Shown: piece after piece, positions 1 to 10,007 of the stretch
How the letters are laid out: each line of letters starts with the position of its first letter
How positions within the stretch are numbered: position 1 is the first letter of the stretch
NCBI GenBank assembly: GCA_008369845.1
Contig: MRSU01005907.1
Location: 1-34,559 of the forward strand
Direction of reading: 5' to 3'
DNA length: 34,559 nucleotides
Origin: Trichomonas gallinae
Lineage: Eukaryota
Position numbers and translations under genes: made by a program
The notes under the pieces: model-generated
Seen by the model: only the letters and a program-made list of their open reading frames with translations
What the model was told of the DNA's origin: nothing
Databases searched by the model: none

Positions 1-283
1 AATACTAACAAAATTGAAGGCCTTATCAATCTTGTCTGAGGCTATTTCAATTGTTCTAAGGCTATTGTGCCCTCGGTATAAAATAATTGATAAAACATCG
101 GTAATTTTGATTGGAAAAACCGCAAAATATGGTTTTGCCTCTCAATTTTGATAAGATATTTTTGTTAATGAATTCAATTTTTGAATTAAATCAGTTCTTC
201 CATCTCCGTTAACATATATTAGTGATAATTTCCGATTTTACGACGATTAAACGATAGCTCTCAAAAAAATTGAATTATCACAA

Positions 284-290
284 TCATTTT
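284..290 (+). promoter_or_regulatory. Initiator (Inr) element
   Basis: TCATTTT matches the T. vaginalis Inr TCA(T/C)T(T/A) and begins 10 nt before ATG 294. Confidence 0.65.
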
Positions 291-293
291 AAA

Positions 294-1499
294 ATGTCAA
301 ATGCTCTAGATCTAGTGGACATCCCGAATCATGCCCTCCCGATTATTGAACTTCAACAGCTGCTCTGCAGCTTGTCGGAGGAGAACGTCGAAGATATATG
401 CGAACAGATTTTATCGTCTGGATTCTCGCAAGGATCAACTAATAAATATGAACTTTGCTGTGAGATAAGACTAATCAATCGCGTTAGACCAGCCTCTACA
501 TACGCATTCGCAAAACTCATCAAGATCTTATCCGAAAGACTGCCAAATTATGATCTTATCAGGCATATCTTCGAACATGGAAGGACAATCTATCACGCTG
601 ATGTCATTTTGATGCAAAAACTGTTCACAATCGGTGTCATTGGCGAAGAATTCATCATTAATTTCCACAAGAAGTTAGTTAATCGTCCATTATTGTTCGC
701 CTTCTACTTTGCACCAGACATCAAGTACTTTGATAGCTATATCCTTTCCAGGAGGATCGCTGTCGAAAACCAGTTCGATGGCATTTTCAAGAATTACCAA
801 AAATACCGTGAGAACAACTTCAGGTTGCTCAGAGAGTACATTGAATACGGTTGGATGACGCAAACATTAGGGTTTTACCTTAAGTATGATGACGTCGACT
901 CATTTATAGTTCAATGCGCTGAACGCTCAATAGAACTCAACTCCAAGACATATTCACCATTCGAATACCTTATCGAATCCCCAACACCATTGATCGATCT
1001 TGCTGCTGTTTATGGTTCATCTCAAATCTTCAAATATTTGTTGGAATCATTATCAGTGTTACCAAAGGACCTTCCAAAGTACGCTGTAATCGGAGGAAAC
1101 TACGAAATAATCAGACTTTGTGTTCAGAAAGATTTAGATTTCAGCGATGCTCTTATTCCTGCTGTTGAGTACCATAGAAACGAAATTCTTAACTGGCTCA
1201 CAATGCAGGGCATCGCTGCATCAACATTCTATTCAAGCGTCATGAAGGATAATCTTCTCGCACTCATTTATTTCTGCTCACAAGGTTTCTGCGTTAATTT
1301 CAACGAACATGAGTGGTCAACACCATTGCATATGGCCGTCTCATATGGCTCTACAGCAGTTATTGATTATTTGATTTCCTCTGGCTGTGATTCAACAGCT
1401 GTTGACGAAAATGGATGGACTCCAATCGATCTTGCGGATTCTGAATACCAAAAATTGTTTATTGGTGATTGCATTAACAATAGAGTTGTTTTGGCGTAG
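294..1499 (+). CDS. DUF3447-type ankyrin repeat protein
   Basis: The ORF track starts at a TTG (270); the likely start is the ATG at 294 in AAAATG context just after Inr TCATTTT. It has the Trichomonas DUF3447-like block (LAAVYGSSQIFKYL...YAVIGGNYEIIRLC...AVEYHRNEILNWL) and a C-terminal ankyrin repeat (TPLHMAVSYG...DENGWTPIDLA). Confidence 0.85.
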   Translation: MSNALDLVDIPNHALPIIELQQLLCSLSEENVEDICEQILSSGFSQGSTNKYELCCEIRLINRVRPASTYAFAKLIKILSERLPNYDLIRHIFEHGRTIYHADVILMQKLFTIGVIGEEFIINFHKKLVNRPLLFAFYFAPDIKYFDSYILSRRIAVENQFDGIFKNYQKYRENNFRLLREYIEYGWMTQTLGFYLKYDDVDSFIVQCAERSIELNSKTYSPFEYLIESPTPLIDLAAVYGSSQIFKYLLESLSVLPKDLPKYAVIGGNYEIIRLCVQKDLDFSDALIPAVEYHRNEILNWLTMQGIAASTFYSSVMKDNLLALIYFCSQGFCVNFNEHEWSTPLHMAVSYGSTAVIDYLISSGCDSTAVDENGWTPIDLADSEYQKLFIGDCINNRVVLA

Positions 1500-1546
1500 C
1501 TGAAATAATGTAAATGAATAAAAGTTATTTTTTAATTTAAAATTGT

Positions 1547-1553
1547 TCATTTT
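1547..1553 (+). promoter_or_regulatory. Initiator (Inr) element
   Basis: TCATTTT begins 13 nt before ATG 1560, inside a 60-bp intergenic gap. Confidence 0.6.
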
Positions 1554-1559
1554 TTATTA

Positions 1560-2087
1560 ATGAGTTATTATAATCATTATAACGGTAGAAACATCAGAAT
1601 CAGAAATGACGGAGATTATGACCAACGATTTAAATTCGGCAAGGATGAAAAGAAACTGAATCAACAATTTAACTCCGGAGATTATTATAATAAAATGCGA
1701 CAAGAAGAAATCAAGAAATGCTCTCAACTGAGGGTTAACTTACTTTCGTTAAATGGTCCGGCGCCAAAAGACAAAAATCCTGTTTACATTCGAGAATATA
1801 AATTTACAGAACCACAAAAAGAAGAAATTTTAGCAGTTCTTGGAAGCAATGCTCAGAAGAGAGCCTCAACCCCATCACAACAAATAAATTATGAAACCGA
1901 ACCAGCAGAATTCGATGAAACATATTATACAGAAGAACCAATTGACTCAGAAAATACAATTACGAAATCGCAAGAAACAGACAACACAAAAGAAACAACT
2001 ACAGAGTCGGAAAAAACAAATAATCCTGAAAAGAAAAATACAGAACGAAAACCTCCGAAAATCAACTGGGCATTCGAAGAAATTTGA
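1560..2087 (+). CDS. Hypothetical protein, 175 aa, charged E/T/K-rich C-terminus
   Basis: ATG preceded by Inr TCATTTT at 1547-1553; coding-like composition; no recognised domain. Confidence 0.7.
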   Translation: MSYYNHYNGRNIRIRNDGDYDQRFKFGKDEKKLNQQFNSGDYYNKMRQEEIKKCSQLRVNLLSLNGPAPKDKNPVYIREYKFTEPQKEEILAVLGSNAQKRASTPSQQINYETEPAEFDETYYTEEPIDSENTITKSQETDNTKETTTESEKTNNPEKKNTERKPPKINWAFEEI

Positions 2088-2838
2088 TTTATCAACTTGC
2101 TGGTCTTGAATATGCAGAATTCCAATTTTCTATTTTATTTTCTTTGCATTTCCCTGTTGTATATTTGCTCATTACAATGTATTTACTCAGAATTATTTGT
2201 TTACATAGCAATCATTCTTTCATTTTTAATTTATATTATAACAAAAATATATTATTCTTGTTTGTATTTTGCTACGCTGAAACTACAACATGCTCTTGTA
2301 CGCTTCACTAAATCTGTCTAAATAATATACTATTAATCATTCATTTGTTATAATCGTATTTGATATATCATGATTTGATCATTTTGGATGTGCTTCCCAC
2401 TCTCGCATGCATGAAACACCATAGGTTATTGTTAGACATTCTGTTAACTCAATAATTCGACAAACTGTAAATATTTTGAAGTTTATTTGGCGATTTATCC
2501 ACCACACGTAATCTTATTTAGATGAAATTAATCGAATAAATTTACACAGACATCAAAAAGCCATATTTTTCAATTTTTGAGAGTTGTTGATCGACAATCA
2601 ATGTAAATGCAATTGAATATTAAATAGTCACATTAATCTCTATTTATATATACATTCCATAGTGAGAATTAAGCACAATTCACAATCAAATTTTTTTGAA
2701 AAATGAATTTTTTTGAAAATTGGAAATGAAATATTATAAGACTGACAAAACCATAACCGAAGAAACAAAAAAAATCAAAAGAAAAAAATATTTTTATCGT
2801 CTTTGATTTTTTTTTTTTTTTTGTTATACGTTTTTAAA

Positions 2839-3843
2839 ATAATTTTGTTAGAGAAAATACAAACAATTCTAGTTCCGCCGCAGAAACACGCCATTCTAGT
2901 GTACAACTCGGTCTTAAAAAACCCAAATGCTCCGAAAGCTATCATTCTTTCGTCAAAATTCAACGAAATCGGGCGACATTCACCGATAAAACTTGATACA
3001 GCACAAGGGAAGGAAATATCGAAACTCCACGCAACGATCTCGAAAACAGCTGGATTCGACAAAGTTGAGTGGGTGCTCGAAGACAAACAAACTTTAAATG
3101 GTACTTTTGTAAATCATCGAAAAATTCACCGTCACTACCTAGCAAATTCCGATGAAATCGTGTTTGGAGGTGGCCCTGATTATGAAATTGGCACGAAACT
3201 AACTTCAACCTCAAAATCTGATTGTAGATATGTTTTTCTTTCACCATTACCTTCAATTCTACTCTCGCCACTCTTAGACATCAACGAAGTATTGGCTCCA
3301 CCGGATAAAGCTGAGCCATGTCCGATTTGTTACGAACCAGCATTGAAAAGAGTCCCTTTAAACTGTCACCACACATTCTGTCAGAAGTGCATTCGTGTAT
3401 GGTCGAAGAAATGCCAGTCAGATCATAAGCCTGTCATTTGTCCTGTTTGCAGAAATCCGCTTCCCACAGATAACTTAGGATTTGCTGAGATTGTACATAG
3501 AGGAAAAGAGGTGGAAATACAAACTCTTGATCCTCTTTTGAGAAAACTTGGCGTGGATTCTGTTGCTGCTGTTCAAAGATGCTCAATCTTCAAAAAATGG
3601 GACTCTGAAGCAAAAGAGGACTTCTTCAACTGGCTACAGATTGCGCAGAAGAGCCCAGATAGATTTATTATATTCTGTGCGCTGACAGATTGTTTTTATC
3701 AGAAAATTATCAAAGCTACGACTGAACAATTGCAAAATACTGTAGAAAATTTCGGAGAAGAATGTACACCTACGCGACACAAACTTCAAGAAATGGCTAT
3801 TTACATCATATTCCACAAAATTTACCATGTCAGCTCCAATTGA
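2839..3843 (+). CDS. FHA + RING (C3HC4) E3 ubiquitin ligase, RNF8/CHFR/Dma-like architecture; start codon uncertain (no usable ATG)
   Basis: FHA motifs IGR..ISKLHA..LEDKQTLNGTFVN..DEIVFG; RING CPIC..CHHTFCQKC..CPVC. The only in-frame ATG is at 3793; the start is placed tentatively at ATA 2839 (or ATA 2857). Confidence 0.85.
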   Translation: MILLEKIQTILVPPQKHAILVYNSVLKNPNAPKAIILSSKFNEIGRHSPIKLDTAQGKEISKLHATISKTAGFDKVEWVLEDKQTLNGTFVNHRKIHRHYLANSDEIVFGGGPDYEIGTKLTSTSKSDCRYVFLSPLPSILLSPLLDINEVLAPPDKAEPCPICYEPALKRVPLNCHHTFCQKCIRVWSKKCQSDHKPVICPVCRNPLPTDNLGFAEIVHRGKEVEIQTLDPLLRKLGVDSVAAVQRCSIFKKWDSEAKEDFFNWLQIAQKSPDRFIIFCALTDCFYQKIIKATTEQLQNTVENFGEECTPTRHKLQEMAIYIIFHKIYHVSSN

Positions 3844-4330
3844 TTCGATTGTACTCTGTTATTGTTTTTATCTGTTTTGTATATTAATAATAAATGTTTT
3901 TACTGTTTTTGCTTTAAATTCAAAATATCGCTTTATATATTTTTCTCAAGGATCCAGTTACTATAATAACATGACTAGCTTAGTCAGCCAAAGCATTTTA
4001 TTGATGCAAATCAACGAAAAACAAAGATTTCAAAAATTCCATTTCTCAAATTTTTAAAAAATCATTATGAAAATTGTCATCTTGATCTAACAAAATCATA
4101 TTTTTGGAAAATCATATAAATCATTAATCACTACTATTATATTCACTATCATTTTTCCAATCATAATTCATTGTTTTCATTGCAAATTTGTAAAATATTG
4201 AAAATATTTCAATGGATATTATGTTTTGATGAATTGAAACTTTATAAAACATCGATAATTAGGATATGCAAATACAAAACAACTTTAGATCAACAACAAA
4301 CGTATAAAATTAAAATAAAATTAGGAAAAA

Positions 4331-5149
4331 TTATCTTCCTGATGTAACTGGTGGCTGGATTTTAGCTACCATGTCACCAAGATTATCGTATCTCTTATTG
4401 ATTATCTCAATAATGCCTTCTGTGTATTGTTGGATCATCTCACGCGCATCTTCGAGTGTAAGTGGGCCTTTTGGCATTGGGAACGGCTTGAACTGCATTG
4501 AATCGTCGACGTAGTTTGGCTCTTCTTCGCACTGAGATAATGGAACTGGCGTCGTTGGCCAGAAAATCCTTCTCCTTTCGACAATTGTTTGTATCCCGCG
4601 ATCATGTGTGTATGAGTAAAGAATCAGACGCAAAGGTCTGAAGAAAACTTGATTATAAAAAGCGAGAATTTTCTGAGCATCATCAGCTGAAAATTTCCAT
4701 TCTCCCTGGTTTACTTCGTTGAATGCTGTCTGGAATTGGTTGAATAAGTCAACTCTGAGATGGTCATAGTTTGGTTTTTCATTTGCGCTCGCTGAGATTC
4801 CGCAGGCTTGAATTGCTGATGTCAGCAACTTGTCAAGTGTTCTGCAGATGAACTGCATCTGTGGTTGTTCGAATTTAGCTTCCAAACACCACAATCCATT
4901 CGAAAAATGAAAATCAGCAGTTGTAGTGCTTTTGATATCGTTTTTATATTGGTCGTTTGTAATGCTGAACATTGCAAGTATGTGTTTGAATCTTTCTTCA
5001 TCATCTGCGCATTCAATGAATTTTTGTGTGGCAGCTGCTGTCCAGCCGGCGCCAACAACAAGCTTTTCGGTATCATCACCCTTGCGGCCTTTAGTTGGCA
5101 CTGCCTTCACTTTTTTCTTACTCGAAGATCTGCCATCCTGGTGTTTCAT
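4331..5149 (-). CDS. Flagellar C1a-32/CLAMP-domain (CFAP119/C8orf74-like) protein
   Basis: 272-aa ATG ORF. DFHFSNGLWCLEAKF and FSADDAQKILAFYNQVFFRPLRLILYSYT resemble CLAMP-family motifs (by eye). Confidence 0.55.
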   Translation of the reverse strand: MKHQDGRSSSKKKVKAVPTKGRKGDDTEKLVVGAGWTAAATQKFIECADDEERFKHILAMFSITNDQYKNDIKSTTTADFHFSNGLWCLEAKFEQPQMQFICRTLDKLLTSAIQACGISASANEKPNYDHLRVDLFNQFQTAFNEVNQGEWKFSADDAQKILAFYNQVFFRPLRLILYSYTHDRGIQTIVERRRIFWPTTPVPLSQCEEEPNYVDDSMQFKPFPMPKGPLTLEDAREMIQQYTEGIIEIINKRYDNLGDMVAKIQPPVTSGR

Positions 5150-5693
5150 TATTTTTGGTGATACGTTAATATTTTGAACACCCCATTTTTATTTTTCCAG
5201 ACCCTAATTTATTTTTCTCTGTACATTTTCACTTTCATTTGCTTTATCTAAAGCCATATCTATTAGATATAGATAGAGTTACCCAAAATGTTGGCTGTTG
5301 CAGTAAATTTTATGGTTATTTGCATGAAAAATAACATTATATTTTTCATTTTTGTAATTACATTAGCAATTGGGAATTGGTTTTTATTTGCTTGGTAGTT
5401 ATTATATTTACATTAAAATGAATATACTTTGAATTCTAAGATGAAGTTCAAAATCATGATGCATTGGATTGCTAGTTAACTGCGCCATTATTTATACAAT
5501 AGAATAAGATATTAATTGACCTAATGCATTGATTTATTATAGATAGAAGTTATTTCTAATAAATCAGTAAATATTATGTGAACATTTAGCTTCTCGAGAA
5601 AAAAAAATAACTATTTTTGGAATAGAATATAATAGCCGATTTATTGATATATGATTTGGTGAGATTGCCACAAATCAATCATAATATAAATAT

Positions 5694-6265
5694 TTAGTTG
5701 GTTGGGAGTGCAAATGTCAACCAGTTGCCGATGAAAACTCCAATACATGGAAAAATGTCTACTGTGAATACTCCGAGTTCGATTTTATTCTTTTCGAATT
5801 TTTCTGAGATCGCTGTATATGTGATGCTTGTGCAGACCCAGAAACCACCAGTGAGAGCAAGAAAGAATGTAACAAAATAGATGAGGATGTCATCAACAAG
5901 CCAGACACATTCTATTGGGAGAATATAAAGAGAACGGCAACAGTTATGATTACTTCGAACTTTGGATACACAATGTTTACGTAGATGCACAAGAAAGTTG
6001 TGAGAATAGCTGTAATGATAGATGATGATTAGTAGCGCTTAACGAGACCGAATCTCTCGATGATTGGAATGACAATGAAGTTGATTATTCCAGCCGTAAT
6101 GTTGTAAGCTTTCGCGATGTTTGTTGAAGCGTTTTTACCTGGAAATATCATCTCGAAGGAGTATAAACTGTTGATGAATGTGTTGTAAGCGAATAAAATG
6201 TTGGTGCCAATCATAAGGAAAAAAAACTTCGCTAACCAAAGTAATTCTATTTTCGACGTCATCAT
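5694..6265 (-). pseudogene. Equilibrative nucleoside transporter (ENT/SLC29) pseudogene
   Basis: ENT N-terminal TM1 (FFFLMIGTNILFAYNTFINS) from ATG 6265, then an in-frame TAA at 6031-6029, further hydrophobic helices, and a frameshift into an ENT C-terminus (FFLALTGGF...ELGVFTVDIFPCIGVFIG). At about 190 codons the middle TMs are missing. Confidence 0.75.
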
Positions 6266-8148
6266 TTGAAGACTCTTTCTCGTTATCAAGAGATTTTGCA
6301 GTGTCTATATTATCATCTGAATCATGTGACGAGTTTTTTTATCACTTGATGTTGTTGATGAATCTTTCTTTTCTTCGGAATTTGAATTATCAACACCTGA
6401 ATGCATCGTTTCTACATCCTATACATGTATTGTATCTTTATTATCATTCAAAGCGATTGCTCCTTCACCAGACATCTGCAAAATGAAGTCGAATCCATTT
6501 GTTTCAAAGCATTTTTATTCTTCACAAGAAAATATCCTTCATTACAGTATAACAAAGCTATTACGAAATTTCTCTATCAAATATTTCAGAGCTGTTTAGT
6601 CTTGGATTTGAATGATGCGTCAAATTATAAAAATCGCATAAAAACATTGCAAATAGTGCATATAACATAAATAAATTGAAAAATCGTTAAAAACATAAAA
6701 AATATATAAAATTTCGATCAAATAATAAAAATGAAGTATTGGCAATGATAATATGATCATATTTCCTAGAACTTTCCCATGGTTTGACTGCAAATTCTAT
6801 ATATCTTGTCTGGATAAAATAAGAATTTGCTTTTTTGAATCAATTATGCATAAACACATTTGAAATCAGTTAATTTAATCTAGTAATAGCCATATGTAGT
6901 TCATAATTCCACAGATTTCAATTGGAGAAATTTTTCACAATTCTATTTTTTGATAAGAATAATGTTTAGATTATTTGGAAGACAGAAAATGTTCACTTGA
7001 TGTGCACCTATATCAAATCTCCTTTCTTTTTTAGATGATCAAGAATCGAAAGCAAGATAAAATATGATACAAATAATAAAGCTTCATTTTTCTAGTTGTT
7101 AGGCCATCAGATAGGCATTTGTACTGATATTTGCTAAAATTCAAAAATAAGAAATATTACTTGCTAAAATGATATGATTCTAGTTTAAACATTATTATGT
7201 AGCAATACTATTACGGTGATGAATACATTACACACCATATTATTCTTGAATGAGTTTCCAATTTCAAAATCCTTTTTGATGCAAATAGAAAAAATATATA
7301 TTTGAGTACAGCAAAGCCATAGTAAATGAATATTTTGTTGGGTTCCGTTCATATTCACTTCGAATGTGCGAATATTTTCCCTCATTCATTTCAAGCATTT
7401 GGGATATAAATATAGCTTTTAAATCATTAGATTCAATATAAACTTTTTTGTCTTATCCTGATTCCTATTATAATTTGATTGCATTTAATTCCAAACTTTA
7501 GCTTGAAGGGTAATGAAGGTATATTCTAATATTAAATAGAAAGGATATGATATAGTTAAAGTAGCATCCTTTAATTGAACACATTTCTTGGATTCAAAAT
7601 CAAATCATATACAAATATTTTCATTGCCTATATAAAATTCATATACTACTAAAGGGAAATTTTTTACCAATTAGTTTTTGGCTGTTGGCGATCATTATAA
7701 TATTTTTATAGTCAAAAGACCAATTTTGTGATGCTTTGAATGCAAAAACTATTCCATGTGATTAAACATTACAAGTTCCTAATTCCCAAATACTCAGTTA
7801 TCGCTACAAAAAAATAGATTATGCAATCAATCTCACAAAAACCACATTATTTCAGGATTATTTGTTGTCTATTTATTTTTATGATTGATTTCCTAATTAA
7901 AGGCCAAAAAAAGAACAAAAAAAGAATAAAAGAGAAGACGTAAGGAATTAACCTTATTAGTTTACATTAAGAATTCTCTCATTTTTCGCGCCAAATAGAA
8001 ATTTTTAGCGATTTGGAGTTAGAACACACCCAAGGAAGCGGAAATCAGGTAAAAAGGCCGCAAATTTTCTTCAGTTTGAAAAGTAAACTTCACAAAATTT
8101 GAATAAGTCTATTCTAACGTTCAGAATTTTTTTTTTTAAGTTTTAAGT

Positions 8149-9147
8149 ATGGAGCAGAGCGAAGCATCGCTAGCTACTCCTAAGTTTTTTGAGATGCTAA
8201 GTGATGGGGACAAAGCCCTGTACCAGAACCTAAGATCAAGTCTTAGTTCGCATGCTTGCAGGAACAGAAGAGGAAAAAGATTAGAAAATTTCTCAGAAAT
8301 GCTAAGCACGATAAAAACTTTCTGCCTGCGACATGATGATGACGACTGGAAGCGCTGCTTAGTTTGCGGAGTATGCTGGCTTCCAAATGGAATCGCGATA
8401 AATACTCGACACTTATCTTTACTAATCGATAAATGCAAGTCTTCTATCAACGGATCGCTCCAGAAAATGGGCTACAGCACTTTGCAGAGCCGTAGCGAGT
8501 CTTCCGGAGCTTTATCAGATACTATCCCATTGCTGAAAAACAATTTTAACGAGCTTCGAGAGTGGACAATTCGTCAATTTATTGCCAACACTCCGACCCC
8601 GCAATTAACAAGTCAGATGCCTTACCCAGGATTCTCACCGATGCCGACGATGCCTCAGACGATGATCCCTGCTATAGCACAGGGCATGACATTCGCGATG
8701 ACTCCAATACCTCAATTGCCGATAAATACAATGCCGTTTATGTACCCAATTGCAGCAATGCCGAAGAATATATACCCAATGGCAGCGATGACAACACCGA
8801 TGGCTCAGATGCCAAGCCCACACCCACAATCACCGCAGATGCCAGCGCATATGATGCAACAAGTAATGGGTCAGAATGCAATGGCAGCACAGATGACGCA
8901 TATGATGCAGCAACAAACACAGCAACAGGTAATGCCTCAACAGATGCAACAAATGCCATCAATGCCCGGTCAACCTCAACAACAACCACAACAACAAATG
9001 CAGACGGTTAAGCAAGAGCCCGAACAGCCAGATAGCCCTGGCCCTACTATATTTGATGATAACGATCCATTGGCGCTTACTCCTTCTTTCTTCTTCGATG
9101 ATGATGGTTACGTTGATAATTTCCAGGAAGGTAATGAGCGCATGTAG
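8149..9147 (+). CDS. Initiator-binding domain (IBD, IBP39-like) transcription factor with M/P/Q-rich tail
   Basis: Parabasalid IBD signature LSDGDKALYQNL...DDWKRCLVCGVCWLPNGIAINTRHL..LIDKCKSSINGSLQKMGY..ELREWTIR. Confidence 0.9.
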   Translation: MEQSEASLATPKFFEMLSDGDKALYQNLRSSLSSHACRNRRGKRLENFSEMLSTIKTFCLRHDDDDWKRCLVCGVCWLPNGIAINTRHLSLLIDKCKSSINGSLQKMGYSTLQSRSESSGALSDTIPLLKNNFNELREWTIRQFIANTPTPQLTSQMPYPGFSPMPTMPQTMIPAIAQGMTFAMTPIPQLPINTMPFMYPIAAMPKNIYPMAAMTTPMAQMPSPHPQSPQMPAHMMQQVMGQNAMAAQMTHMMQQQTQQQVMPQQMQQMPSMPGQPQQQPQQQMQTVKQEPEQPDSPGPTIFDDNDPLALTPSFFFDDDGYVDNFQEGNERM

Positions 9148-10007
9148 TTTTGTTGTTTTGTTGGATGGTAATATTATTTATATTTTTGATATTTCTTTCC
9201 CATGTTAATTTATGTTGAAAAAAAAATAAAAATGGAATGATATTTGTTCTGATGCATATTACATTTTTTAGAAGCCAGATATTCTAGCGATTATTATAAA
9301 TGTATCTAAATCATAGAATATATTGCAAATTAATTTTACTTATAACGATGCATCATATTATCTTGATAATAATAAAACTTACACCAAATATATTCGTTTT
9401 CAAACATAGTTTGATCTCAATCAGCATATTTTTTGTTCTCAATAAAATAAACCATGTCCAATCACATGACCACGCCTAGAATAAAACTCGACAACATCAA
9501 AAATGTTCAAAAGACAAATGAAAATCACAAGATAACATATCAGCATTTTTGACATGTAAACTCGAAAAAATAATTTAATGATATTATTTGCAAAATTGAA
9601 GAAGACAAATTCAGAAACAAAGAAGCAGAATATTCATAAGAACTTTCTAAATATAGTTCCACTCCCATATCTACAGAGATATATGAGAAATTAAATAAGA
9701 GTTTCCAACAATATAAGCTTCAAGATTAAAATTTGTGCCTCATTGTATCATTTAGAAAAATTGACATTTAATCATTTTTTGACACGTAAATAGTTTTTTT
9801 GACATTTTATATTTTTGTCATGTAAATTAAAACTTTTGACATTCGACAAAAAACAGACAAAGTCAATATTTTGGCTTTATTTTTTGCACACAATAATATT
9901 TTTATTAGTAAAATCGAGATACATCAAAATTAATGGAAAATTTCGTCAACGACAAGAATTCCGTTTTTTAATTTTTTTTCTGAAAAAATCCCAAAAAATT
10001 TCGTGAT

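Noticed and set aside
2084..2321. Small hydrophobic ORFs in AT-rich intergenic DNA (also 3827, 6301, 7185, 13975, 34031)
   Set aside because: T-rich 3'UTR-like composition, often non-ATG starts, and no domains.
8562..9011. Alternative-frame and antisense ORFs over the IBD tail
   Set aside because: By-products of repetitive ATG/CCA/CAA codons that lack stops in other frames.
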